Shown here piece after piece: positions 6,688-14,633 of a stretch of 16,286 nt of DNA. The position numbers were made by a program, and so were the translations under genes. This DNA comes from an uncultured bacterium. GTDB lineage: Bacteria > Desulfobacterota_D > UBA1144 > Nemesobacterales > UBA2774. The notes below the pieces were generated by a model. That model saw only the letters and a program-made list of their open reading frames with translations, was not told the DNA's origin and ran no database searches. The stretch is taken from the NCBI GenBank assembly GCA_963705505.1, contig CAVPJU010000004.1, forward strand, positions 1-16,286, read 5' to 3'. Every line of letters begins with the position of its first letter. Within the stretch, counting starts at the first letter, position 1.

Positions 6688-6872
6688 AATGACAGGGTTG
6701 GTTATGCGGAGCAGTTTCGCAGCAATCGAATATGAGCACAGATTCCGTGCGTCCTTCGACGGGCTTCCGTCTTCGCTAAAGCTTCGCCGGACAAGCAGGA
6801 CGAACGGGTCTGATTTAGGTGTTGAAGTTAGCGGAAGAGTTGCGGAACGATCGTATATAGACACATTGTGTG
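6688..6872. repeat. Dispersed repeat module, copy D, with nested 30-nt palindromic insertion (6766-6795)
   Basis: Collinear with copy B except for the insert TCCGTCTTCGCTAAAGCTTCGCCGGACAAG. Confidence 0.8.
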
Positions 6873-6985
6873 CCACGCTGCGTGTGTCACGGCTGGCGAG
6901 CACCGGGTTTGATCCGCGAACTCGCTCCCAAGCCGGACAGATCGGAGTAGCTGGGAGGTATATACAATGAGCGCTAGTGTGTGCG

Positions 6986-7480
6986 CTACAGCCATCTGCG
7001 GACGCGCTTTTTGTAGTCAGTGTATTCTGCGCCGAATTTTTGTTCGAGGTAGAACTCCTCTCTCTCTATTACGCCTTTACGGACGATGGCGACGAATATG
7101 GGAATGAAAATGATGATCCAGAGGTTGTTGAGCAGTACCGATATGGCGACGAGGAGTATTATTATGCCGACGTACATCGGGTTCCTGGAGTAGGCGTATA
7201 TTCCGTCCGTGAGGACTTTCGTCGCGGGCTTCCTGACATCGACGTTCGTTCCGGCCCTCTTCATTTTGAGAAACGCGGTGAGCCCTATCGCGAGGGAGAC
7301 CGCGAGAAGCGCGGCTCCGGTTATGTATCTCGCATTTCCGTTTATGAAATGGAGGCTCTTGATCAATCCCGCCGCAATGCCCGCAAAGAGAATCACGAGC
7401 GCGATAACCGGCGGGGGCGCTAAAACCCCCGGGTAGTCGCCTGCGGGGGGTATCTTGCGGACCCTCTTCATTTTAATCAT
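6986..7480 (-). CDS. Isoprenylcysteine carboxyl methyltransferase (ICMT/PEMT) family membrane protein
   Basis: GIYAYSRNPMYVG and EREEFYLEQKFGAEYTDYKKRVRRW motifs. Start at 7480 follows AAGGAGAG; the longer ORF-track start overlaps the upstream gene. Confidence 0.92.
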   Translation of the reverse strand: MIKMKRVRKIPPAGDYPGVLAPPPVIALVILFAGIAAGLIKSLHFINGNARYITGAALLAVSLAIGLTAFLKMKRAGTNVDVRKPATKVLTDGIYAYSRNPMYVGIIILLVAISVLLNNLWIIIFIPIFVAIVRKGVIEREEFYLEQKFGAEYTDYKKRVRRWL

Positions 7481-7490
7481 GCTGCTCTCC

Positions 7491-8012
7491 TTAGCGCCCC
7501 TCATGAGGTTCGTCCCAGTCATGCGGGGGCGGAGGGGCGTCAAACCTGTCCCGGTGAAATCCGCCCATGAGAGGGTGGAGGAAGGGGGGGCCGGGGCTCC
7601 TGCGGATAACATCACCCAGGGCTTTCCTCTCTTCCTGATTGAGCCCGGCCGCTATCTTCTTTGTCGCGTCCGCGAGCTTGGCTGCGAGCTCGCCCATTAT
7701 GGCGTGCATCTCGGCCGCCTTCTGATCGAATTTCTTCTCGTCGAACTCAGGCGCGGAAAAAATATCTATAATTTCGTTCCTCTTCCGATCGAGCTCCTTC
7801 TTCGTCCCCGCCGTCTCGGACCTTAGCTCTTTCATCGTCCCCAGGACCAGCTCGCGTTTCTCGGGAGGAAGGTCCTTCAGGAAAAAGAGAGCGCGCTTCC
7901 CCGTCTCCATGCGGCCCATGAACGTATGCGAGAACGTACCTATGAGGATACCCGCGAGGAGCACGTTTAGGAGGACGGATACCGCGAGGAAAATTTTGAG
8001 GCTATTACTCAT
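7491..8012 (-). CDS. Periplasmic heavy-metal sensor family protein (CnrX/ZraP/Spy-CpxP-like)
   Basis: N-terminal anchor SVLLNVLLAGILIG, helical body LPPEKRE..FSAPEFDE..LNQEERKAL, and Pro/His tail. Confidence 0.85.
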   Translation of the reverse strand: MSNSLKIFLAVSVLLNVLLAGILIGTFSHTFMGRMETGKRALFFLKDLPPEKRELVLGTMKELRSETAGTKKELDRKRNEIIDIFSAPEFDEKKFDQKAAEMHAIMGELAAKLADATKKIAAGLNQEERKALGDVIRRSPGPPFLHPLMGGFHRDRFDAPPPPHDWDEPHEGR

Positions 8013-8439
8013 AGTATCCCTCCCCGTAATAGAGGAGCTCCGCGAACTGTGAGCCGCCTGACTCCTGCTCCGAGTAATTGGCGTATAGATAGCCCGCCGC
8101 CATCCCGATGACTAGCAGCAGCGGGAGCGCGATCGCCGGTCTCGGAAGGGGTATGGCGGAAAATATGGCGCTAAGTATGCCGAGTATGGAATTTCCCTCC
8201 GCCTCGGGTCTTTTCACCGCCGCTGCCGCGCTTATGATCCTCGCCTCGAGGCCGGGGGAGGGCTCTTCGAAGCCCCTTTCCATGAGAGATTCCTCGAAGC
8301 GTCTCTCCCCTTCGAGTGCTTCCCTGAGCGCGCTTGACTCCGCGCACGCCCTTTCGGCGTCTTCCCTTATCTCAGCGGGCCATCCGCCGAGGTCTCCGCC
8401 GTATGTAGCCAGGTATTCAAGAAACTCCTTTTTATCCAT
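8005..8439 (-). CDS. Putative membrane anti-sigma factor
   Basis: Overlaps the ECF sigma stop. Cytoplasmic YGGDLGGWP..LEARIISA region and a single C-terminal TM. Confidence 0.75.
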   Translation of the reverse strand: MDKKEFLEYLATYGGDLGGWPAEIREDAERACAESSALREALEGERRFEESLMERGFEEPSPGLEARIISAAAAVKRPEAEGNSILGILSAIFSAIPLPRPAIALPLLLVIGMAAGYLYANYSEQESGGSQFAELLYYGEGYYE

Positions 8440-9046
8440 TCGAAGCCTCCTCTCTCCCGGTATCTCCCGTAAGTTTCCTTCTCAGCGACGTTTTCGCGCG
8501 CATGAGGAGAGACTCTAAAGCCTTCACGCTCAATCCCATTATCTCTGCCGCCTCCCTGTTGCTCACCCCCTCATAAAAGCAGAGCGCAAGGGCGGTCTGC
8601 TGGGATTCGGGCAGCTCCCCGATGTATGCGTCTATATTTTCCTTCTTCCGTTTTAGCTCGATCATTTCTTCTGTCCCGCGGCCCTCGTCGGGCGGGTCGA
8701 AACCGTCCGCCATCTGAAGCGGCGTGTTCTTCCTTTTCCTGTCTATGCATGCGTTCGTCACGACCCTGTAAAACCACGTCGTGAATTTCGCCTGCCTGTC
8801 CCCCTGCCAGCCGGCCGGGTTCGTCCATACCGTGAGGAACGATTCCTGCACTATGTCCTCGGCTTCCTCCCTGCTCGAAAGCATCCTGTACGCGAGGCTG
8901 TAATACCTCTTCGTGTGACGCACTACGAGCTCCGAAAACGCATTCCTGTCCCCGCTCCTGATCCGCCCCATGAGCTCTTCGTCGGTGAACTCCTTCGTCT
9001 CTTTAACCATTTGCACCCGTGGAAGAGTGACAGCCGTCGTATCCAT
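8432..9046 (-). CDS. ECF subfamily sigma-70 factor
   Basis: Region 2 AEDIVQESF..FTTWFYRVVTNACIDRKRK and region 4 LPESQQTALAL..SNREAAEIMGLSVKALESLLMRAK. The true start could be 9010. Confidence 0.95.
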   Translation of the reverse strand: MDTTAVTLPRVQMVKETKEFTDEELMGRIRSGDRNAFSELVVRHTKRYYSLAYRMLSSREEAEDIVQESFLTVWTNPAGWQGDRQAKFTTWFYRVVTNACIDRKRKNTPLQMADGFDPPDEGRGTEEMIELKRKKENIDAYIGELPESQQTALALCFYEGVSNREAAEIMGLSVKALESLLMRAKTSLRRKLTGDTGREEASNG

Positions 9047-9049
9047 AAA

Positions 9050-9097
9050 ATATTAAAACCTGAGCGGACGGAATAGTAAAGTTGCTATTCCGCCCGC
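9050..9097 (-). terminator. Intra-operon hairpin/terminator between first sensor gene and ECF sigma
   Basis: GCGGGCGGAATAGC/ACTATTCCGTCCGC stem followed by a T-rich tract on the minus strand. Confidence 0.55.
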
Positions 9098-9131
9098 CCG
9101 TTAGAGAGGGTGGTGTGTATAAGTTTTGCCG

Positions 9132-9549
9132 TTAATCCCCGCCGCCGTGCCCGCCGGGGCCGAGCTCGGCTAGTATCTCTCTTTCCTGCTGCGTGAGCTG
9201 GGGCGCGAGCTCAGCGATTGCATCGGTGAACGACGTGAAGCCCTGTGTCATGAGTGACTGCAGCTTCTCGGCGTTCTGCTTAAACGCCGCGGCGTCGAAG
9301 GTCTCCGCCGTCAGTATCTCTTTCATCTTGTCGTGAGTCGCCTTTATCTCGTCCCTGAGGCCCTTGTTCTCCTGCTTTACCGATTCGAACGTGCTGATAA
9401 CGAGCGCCTGCTTGTCTGCAGGGAGCTTCGAGAACGCAGCCAGCTTCTCCAGACCGAATGGGACCTCCGCCCGGGGGCATCGCGAACGCCGCTACCGCTC
9501 CCGTAACTAAAACTCCGAGTACCGCTGTAAGTATCCAATTCCTTTTCAT
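9132..9549 (-). pseudogene. Secreted periplasmic heavy-metal sensor/Spy-like protein, split by a +1 frameshift near 9460 (probable sequencing error)
   Basis: Removing one base joins signal peptide MKRNWILTAVLGVLVTGAVAAFA to FSKLPADKQALV..ILTAETFDAAAF..LTQQEREIL. This gives a 138-aa paralog of 7491-8012. GGAGG SD present. Confidence 0.8.
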
Positions 9550-9600
9550 TTATTTACTACCTCCTGTGTGAATTTTGTATTCAAGCATGCTTTGTACATA

Positions 9601-9628
9601 TATACGGGCGGGCGCGGAAAACCCTTCG
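9601..9628 (-). promoter_or_regulatory. Putative ECF-dependent promoter (CGAAGGG-N14-CCGTATA)
   Basis: ECF-type CGT-containing -10 about 50 nt upstream of the first gene of the ECF operon. Confidence 0.55.
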
Positions 9629-9986
9629 GCGGGGGTTGAATCAGGCTGAATTCCTCGGTTGTCATAATCCGCTTTGCGGGGATTCCCGCCGGGGATTGGC
9701 TGACCGGACCGGGAAGGGAAAAATATTTTTCACTCCGGATTTACATAACCCTCTTAAATTCAAAAAATAATTTTCGCTCACGGAAAAGCGCATAAAATTT
9801 TTCTTTGACATGCGGGATTCATCGTTAGACTTTTATTTAACCGGGACCCCGAATGAGCTCCTTTCACATCAGCCCCGGCAGCGGTCATCGCCCGGATGAG
9901 CTTTCGCATGCGGCGCCCGGCGCGGAACCGTTTCTTTGACAACCCAATGTGTATTTCCCAAAAACAAAAGCAAAGAGAGGTGCATT

Positions 9987-10397
9987 ATGGCAAGAAAAAA
10001 TCCTGACGGAAGTTTCGAGTTATACCCTTATGAAAAACTAATAGGACTTATAGACAGGGAAACCGACCTGAGGTCGGCGCTCGCTGAGCTCGAAGAGGCT
10101 GGGTTCGACGACGAGCGTGTTTACTATTTCCACGGAGAAAAGGGACTCAGGATACTCGACCTCGACGGGGACGAGCACGGACTATTGACCATGATCGTGA
10201 GAGCGCTGCAGAAGAGCATTTCGAGAGAAGCGGAAGAAGGCATGAAGGCGGTAAAAGAGAGTATGCGGAGGGGGAGCTTCTTCGTGACCGTCCTTGCGGA
10301 AACGGAAGAAATGAAGGACAGCGCGCTCGATATATTCAAGAATCACGAAGCCTACAACATCCACTATTTCCACACGCTGAACGTGGAGCAATTCTAG
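9987..10397 (+). CDS. Hypothetical protein (alpha/beta, resembling general-stress YflT/DUF1269-like domains)
   Basis: GAGGTG SD, GC3-rich coding pattern, and LAELEEAGF..GSFFVTV pattern; 136 aa. Confidence 0.8.
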   Translation: MARKNPDGSFELYPYEKLIGLIDRETDLRSALAELEEAGFDDERVYYFHGEKGLRILDLDGDEHGLLTMIVRALQKSISREAEEGMKAVKESMRRGSFFVTVLAETEEMKDSALDIFKNHEAYNIHYFHTLNVEQF

Positions 10398-10489
10398 GCG
10401 TATGCATTCCGGCCGGGGGAGCGGGGAGCGGACACTCTCCACCCATTCCCTGCTCCCGTAAACATCATTTTCCCCCTTTGTAAAGGGAA

Positions 10490-10524
10490 CAATTCCGAAC
10501 GAGCGAGGAATTGGACGCCATTGC
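10490..10524 (-). mobile_element. 35-nt hairpin mini-element flanked by 9-bp direct repeat TAAAGGGAA; relatives at 334-368, 509-543 (degenerate) and 3949-3984
   Basis: Consensus GC-N3/4-GGCRTC-[CRATTSC-N10-GSAATYG] with a covarying stem. Direct repeats at 10481-10489 and 10525-10533. Confidence 0.6.
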
Positions 10525-10624
10525 TAAAGGGAAGGAATCCCGTTAACTTCCTGCTCATCACTTGCAAAGAAGAATATATCAGGGGGATTTAGATTTTCTT
10601 GTATAAGGAGAAGGAATAAAGATG

Positions 10625-10655
10625 TGGATTCCCGATAAAGACATTCGGGAATGAC
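10625..10655. repeat. REP-like palindrome, copy of 5433-5463
   Basis: TGGATTCCCGATAAAGACATTCGGGAATGAC, 28/31 identical. Confidence 0.8.
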
Positions 10656-10693
10656 AATATTGAAAATCCATGCAGTTTTTAGGAGAGAGCATC

Positions 10694-11351
10694 ATGGCAA
10701 AGCCCGTACTCGTCATCGGGAATAAAAATTATTCGAGCTGGTCGATGAGGCCGTGGCTCGCGCTCAGGCATCTTGGGGTCGGGTTCGAGGAAGTCCGCAT
10801 TCCGTTATACGTCGAGGGCTCGAGGGAGAAGATACTCGGGTATTCGCCCGCAGGCAGAGTGCCCGTATATATCGAGGACGGCGTTACGGTCTGGGACTCG
10901 ATCGCGATACTCGAATACCTGGCCGAAAGGCGTCCGGCGCTATGGCCGGAAGACGCAAGGGCGAGGGCGCTCGCGCGCTCTGTGAGCGCGGAGATGCACT
11001 CGGGGTTCTCCGCCACTCAGGAGCGCGCTCCCCTGCAACTGCAGGGCTTCGGGGAGGAGGGTGGAGATCGGAGAGGAAGCCGCCCGCGATATAAAAAGAA
11101 TCCTCGAAATCTGGGAGGCGTGCAGACGGGGGTACGGAAAGACGGGGCCCTGGCTGTTCGGACGCTTCACCGCTGCCGATGCGATGTACGCCCCTGTCGC
11201 GTCGAGGTTCAATACGTACGGGATAGAGGCGGACGGTCAGGCGGAGAAGTACATCGGGACCGTGCTTTCGGATGGGCATATGCGCGAATGGATAAGCGAT
11301 AGCGAGCGCGAGGAAGAGGTCATAGAAAAATTCGAGGTAGGGATCGTGTAG
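10694..11351 (+). pseudogene. Glutathione S-transferase family protein, split by a +1 frameshift at ~11013-11015 (probable sequencing error)
   Basis: GNKNYSSWSMRPW, SPAGRVP, WDSIAILEYLAE and AEMHSGF motifs. Removing one base restores SALRSALPCN..GPWLFGRFTAADAMYAPVASRF (218 aa). Confidence 0.9.
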
Positions 11352-11629
11352 CCATCTCTCCGGCAGTCTAAATGGAGGGAGCCGGCTTTATTGTGTTCTC
11401 AGGTCCAGGATTGTTGAGGGTATGGGCAAACCGGCTCCCGGTTTCTCGGGTATTTGTCCGGGATTCCGCGGCCGTAGGCCTGAATCCCCGGGGCTTCTCT
11501 ATTGAATTAGACGTGCGGGAGAGGGGATTCCCTTCGGCCTGCCGGATAAATAATTTTTCAGCGGTCTGTCATGCGAAACGGGGTGCATGCCCCATAGAAA
11601 AAAATTGAAATCTCGGGTTGTATTTAATT

Positions 11630-12094
11630 ATGGCCGTTTCGCTCAAGCCATTGACCGCGGAAAATTATTACTCGTGCGTCGCCCTCTCCACGGACGAATC
11701 GCAGAAGCACATGGTGCCTTCTGCCGGGCTCGTGCTTTCCGAATTCGCCCCGCTACACGACATGACCCCAACGGCCATCTACTCGGGCGATACCGTCGTC
11801 GGACTGATGATGCACGGGAGGGACAGGAAGGGCGGGAGGTACTGGCTCTCGGCGTTCCTTATAGATAAAAAGCATCAGAGGAGGGGGTATGGAAAGAAGG
11901 CGCTCGATCTCCTCATCAGACGGCTGACAGAAGACGGCGTCGAGGCGCTCTACCTGAGCTATACGCCCGACAACGCGTCTGCGTGGAGGCTCTACAAGTC
12001 GCTCGGGTTCGTCAGGACAGGCGAGCGAGCGAACAGCGACTTCGTGGCGAGGCTCGACCTCACGGCGCACATGGCTCTGGTTCCCGTACATTAG
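11630..12094 (+). CDS. GNAT N-acetyltransferase (spermidine/diamine acetyltransferase-like)
   Basis: Motif A FLIDKKHQRRGYGKK and motif B YTPDNASAWRLYKSLGF. Confidence 0.9.
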   Translation: MAVSLKPLTAENYYSCVALSTDESQKHMVPSAGLVLSEFAPLHDMTPTAIYSGDTVVGLMMHGRDRKGGRYWLSAFLIDKKHQRRGYGKKALDLLIRRLTEDGVEALYLSYTPDNASAWRLYKSLGFVRTGERANSDFVARLDLTAHMALVPVH

Positions 12095-12290
12095 CCCTTG
12101 CCCCGCGGAGGTCTCAATCGCGAAGACCGGACGGAATAGAGCGGAATCATTTTTACATCCGAAGCTGTCAGTATATTAATAATCCAATCTTACGATGAGA
12201 GGGTGAGGATTACCGGGGATTCGAGAGCAGCCCTTTATTACGCGCGGGTATTCTCATATACTAAGGGTATAAGCTGAAAACGGAGGCCGC

Positions 12291-12773
12291 ATGAGCGCGC
12301 AAAAACTTACATATTTACTGAAGGCGAAGGACATAAAGAAGATGGAGAAAAAATTCTCTCACCCCTGGAACCCGAACTCCGAGATCATAGGGGCGAGGCT
12401 CGGCGTGAAGACCGGGCTTAAGAGGACGGGGGTGAACATCGCTGCGATACCGCCGGGGAAGGAATCGTTCGTCTATCACTCGCACCAGTTCGAGGAGGAG
12501 TGGATTTACATACTCTCGGGGAACGGGGTCGCCGAGATAGACGGGAAGGAGTATCAGGTGGGGCCGGGGGACTTCATGGGGTTCCCGACTCCGGGCGTCG
12601 CGCACAACATGCGTAACGACGGAAAAGAGGACCTCGTGTATCTCATGGGCGGGGAGAGCCGCGAGCACGAGATGGTCGAGTACCCGAAGTTAGGCAGGAA
12701 GCTCATAAGGACGGAGGACAAGGTGGAGGTCCTGAAGGTCTCGGATATTAAGGACTTCAAGTTCTGGGAGTGA
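12291..12773 (+). CDS. Cupin domain-containing protein
   Basis: YHSHQFEEEWIYILSGNG and GPGDFMGFP..AHNMRN motifs; GGAGG SD. Confidence 0.92.
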   Translation: MSAQKLTYLLKAKDIKKMEKKFSHPWNPNSEIIGARLGVKTGLKRTGVNIAAIPPGKESFVYHSHQFEEEWIYILSGNGVAEIDGKEYQVGPGDFMGFPTPGVAHNMRNDGKEDLVYLMGGESREHEMVEYPKLGRKLIRTEDKVEVLKVSDIKDFKFWE

Positions 12774-13312
12774 GATATGGTTGCCGGAATATCAATGATT
12801 AAAGAAGCGGATAAGAATTCTGCCCGCTAAATATTGAAGTTTGGATTCAACAAATCATAGCAGATGATTCTGCTATATTAGGTATAGGAAATCTAATTTT
12901 ATTTGATATGAAAGTTTCGCAAGCCCTGCGAATACACACCTGATAGCACGTCCTTAGAAAATCCGCCGGATCACGGCCCGACTAGTACTTAGTGCTGTTT
13001 CGAACAACTCACCGTAATATCTATTTGTAAAGCGGCAGACCGGCCATAAGATTTTTCACACACATGTTATTTTGCTCAAGCTATTTTTAATTCCTGAGTT
13101 CATTCAATACAAAAAAAAGAAGAAACATACCAAACCGTTGCCACTCAGATGGCGGCTTCGATAAAGGTAGAGAGAATTGAGAGGGTTAATAGATAAATAT
13201 CTATATCTATTAAAATCATTCTAGTTACATTAAATAGTATAATGGTTATTGACTCAGGCCGTTGATTGTTAGATAATAACTACATCTGGGATGATGGAAG
13301 GAATATGTGAGA

Positions 13313-14012
13313 ATGGGGATATTCTCACAGTTAAATTTAGTGCATTCTTTAAAGTACAAGTTACCTTCGATCAGTAGCGGTTTAGATCGAGTAAGAGAAC
13401 TGCCCGGTTCTTTTGTAGCTGCTAAAACAACCATTCAGCGTCGTCTGCCAATTATCGTCATAAGAAATTTCATTCTACTCAGCTTATTGTCCTTCATGAT
13501 TTCGGGATGTATCCCAGCCATTGGTTGCTCTCGGTGTGGGAGCAGCGGGTGCAGGTGTCGCGGCAAGCAAAGTAAAGAATAAGGAAGGAGAGCCGGAGAA
13601 ATCTCAACTCGAAATAAGAGAAATACAGACCCGCACGTACGATACACCCGATAGCAAAATGGTTTTAAAGACGATGCTTAACGTTCTTCAGGACGACGGG
13701 TTTATCGTGACGGAGGGTAATGCGGACCTCGGACTTTTATCGGCTACTAAGGAATTAGATGTTCAGACAGAAGGTGCGGTCTTTTGGGGGTCATTTTTCA
13801 ACCTCGCGTGGGATAAGAATGCAATTGTCGAAGCAACCGCTAATGTTAGCGAGTTCGGTAAACAAACAAGGGTGAGGGTGAATTTTCAGCAAAAAGTGTA
13901 CGATAGCGCCGGCGGTGTTTCTACCGTTGATCAGATTGCCGATCCTAAATTTTATCAGGAGTTCTTTGCAAAAGTGGACAAGGGACTTTTTATTCAGCAG
14001 GAGAAATTGTAA
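13313..14012 (+). pseudogene. Lipoprotein of unknown function, split by a +1 frameshift at ~13518-13520; start uncertain
   Basis: The signal/lipobox RNFILLSLLSFMISGC is in one frame and the body LVALGVG..SQLEIREIQTRTYD..FYQEFFAKVDKGLFIQQEKL in the next. Removing one base joins them. Confidence 0.75.
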
Positions 14013-14029
14013 AAGAGGAGGGTTAAGAA

Positions 14030-14530
14030 ATGCATAATGAAAAAACAAATCGTATCAAATATATGGGGATGGTTTGTTTGTTCCTATCGCTCTTACTCCC
14101 CGGATGTGTTCAACCCATGAGCGCAGCCCAGCATCAACAATCTCTCGGATCTACGCAGGAGAGAGAGATGACGGTCGGCGTCGTGCAAAAAGAAATCCGC
14201 GTCGGGATGTCCCAGGCTGACGTAGCAGAGGCTCTGGGTTCTCCGAATATTGTGACGAGGGACAGCCAGGGGGATGAGGCGTGGGTCTACGATAAGATTG
14301 CGACCGAGGCCTCATATTCAAACTCGAGCCAGACAGAGGGAGTAGGTGTCGGCGGCGCCGCAGGAGGTTTTTTAGGCGACGTTTTACTCCTGGGCGGTGT
14401 TGGGTATAGCAGAGAAACAACGTCTCAGGCTGGTGCGAGTGCTACCACTCAAAAGACACTCACGGTAGTTATTAAATTCGATAAAAAGAGCTTGGTAAAG
14501 GGTTTTTCGTATCATGCGAGCAAGTTTTAG
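14030..14530 (+). CDS. SmpA/OmlA (BamE-like) domain lipoprotein
   Basis: Lipobox LPGC, motif IRVGMSQADVAEALGSPN..WVY, and GGAGG SD. Confidence 0.85.
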   Translation: MHNEKTNRIKYMGMVCLFLSLLLPGCVQPMSAAQHQQSLGSTQEREMTVGVVQKEIRVGMSQADVAEALGSPNIVTRDSQGDEAWVYDKIATEASYSNSSQTEGVGVGGAAGGFLGDVLLLGGVGYSRETTSQAGASATTQKTLTVVIKFDKKSLVKGFSYHASKF

Positions 14531-14633
14531 AGATTTTAATTTTCTTTGAGCGTGTAAGAAAGGATGAAGTAACTTGCTATTAATAAAAAATTAGACTGGG
14601 TGTAAATAACAGAAAGATTGTAGAGGTAGTGAT

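Noticed and set aside
6849..6876. dif/Xer-like site (GTGGCACACAA TGTGTC TATATACGATC)
   Set aside because: The left arm resembles an XerC arm, but the normally well-conserved XerD arm is poor and variable among the four copies.
7481..7615. N-terminal extension of the ICMT ORF
   Set aside because: It overlaps the upstream gene; the SD supports a start at 7480.
12780..13300. Hidden gene or ncRNA in the 520-nt intergenic gap
   Set aside because: Only short hairpins were found (e.g. ATAGCAGA/TCTGCTAT at 12857-12876); no ORF or motif I can support.
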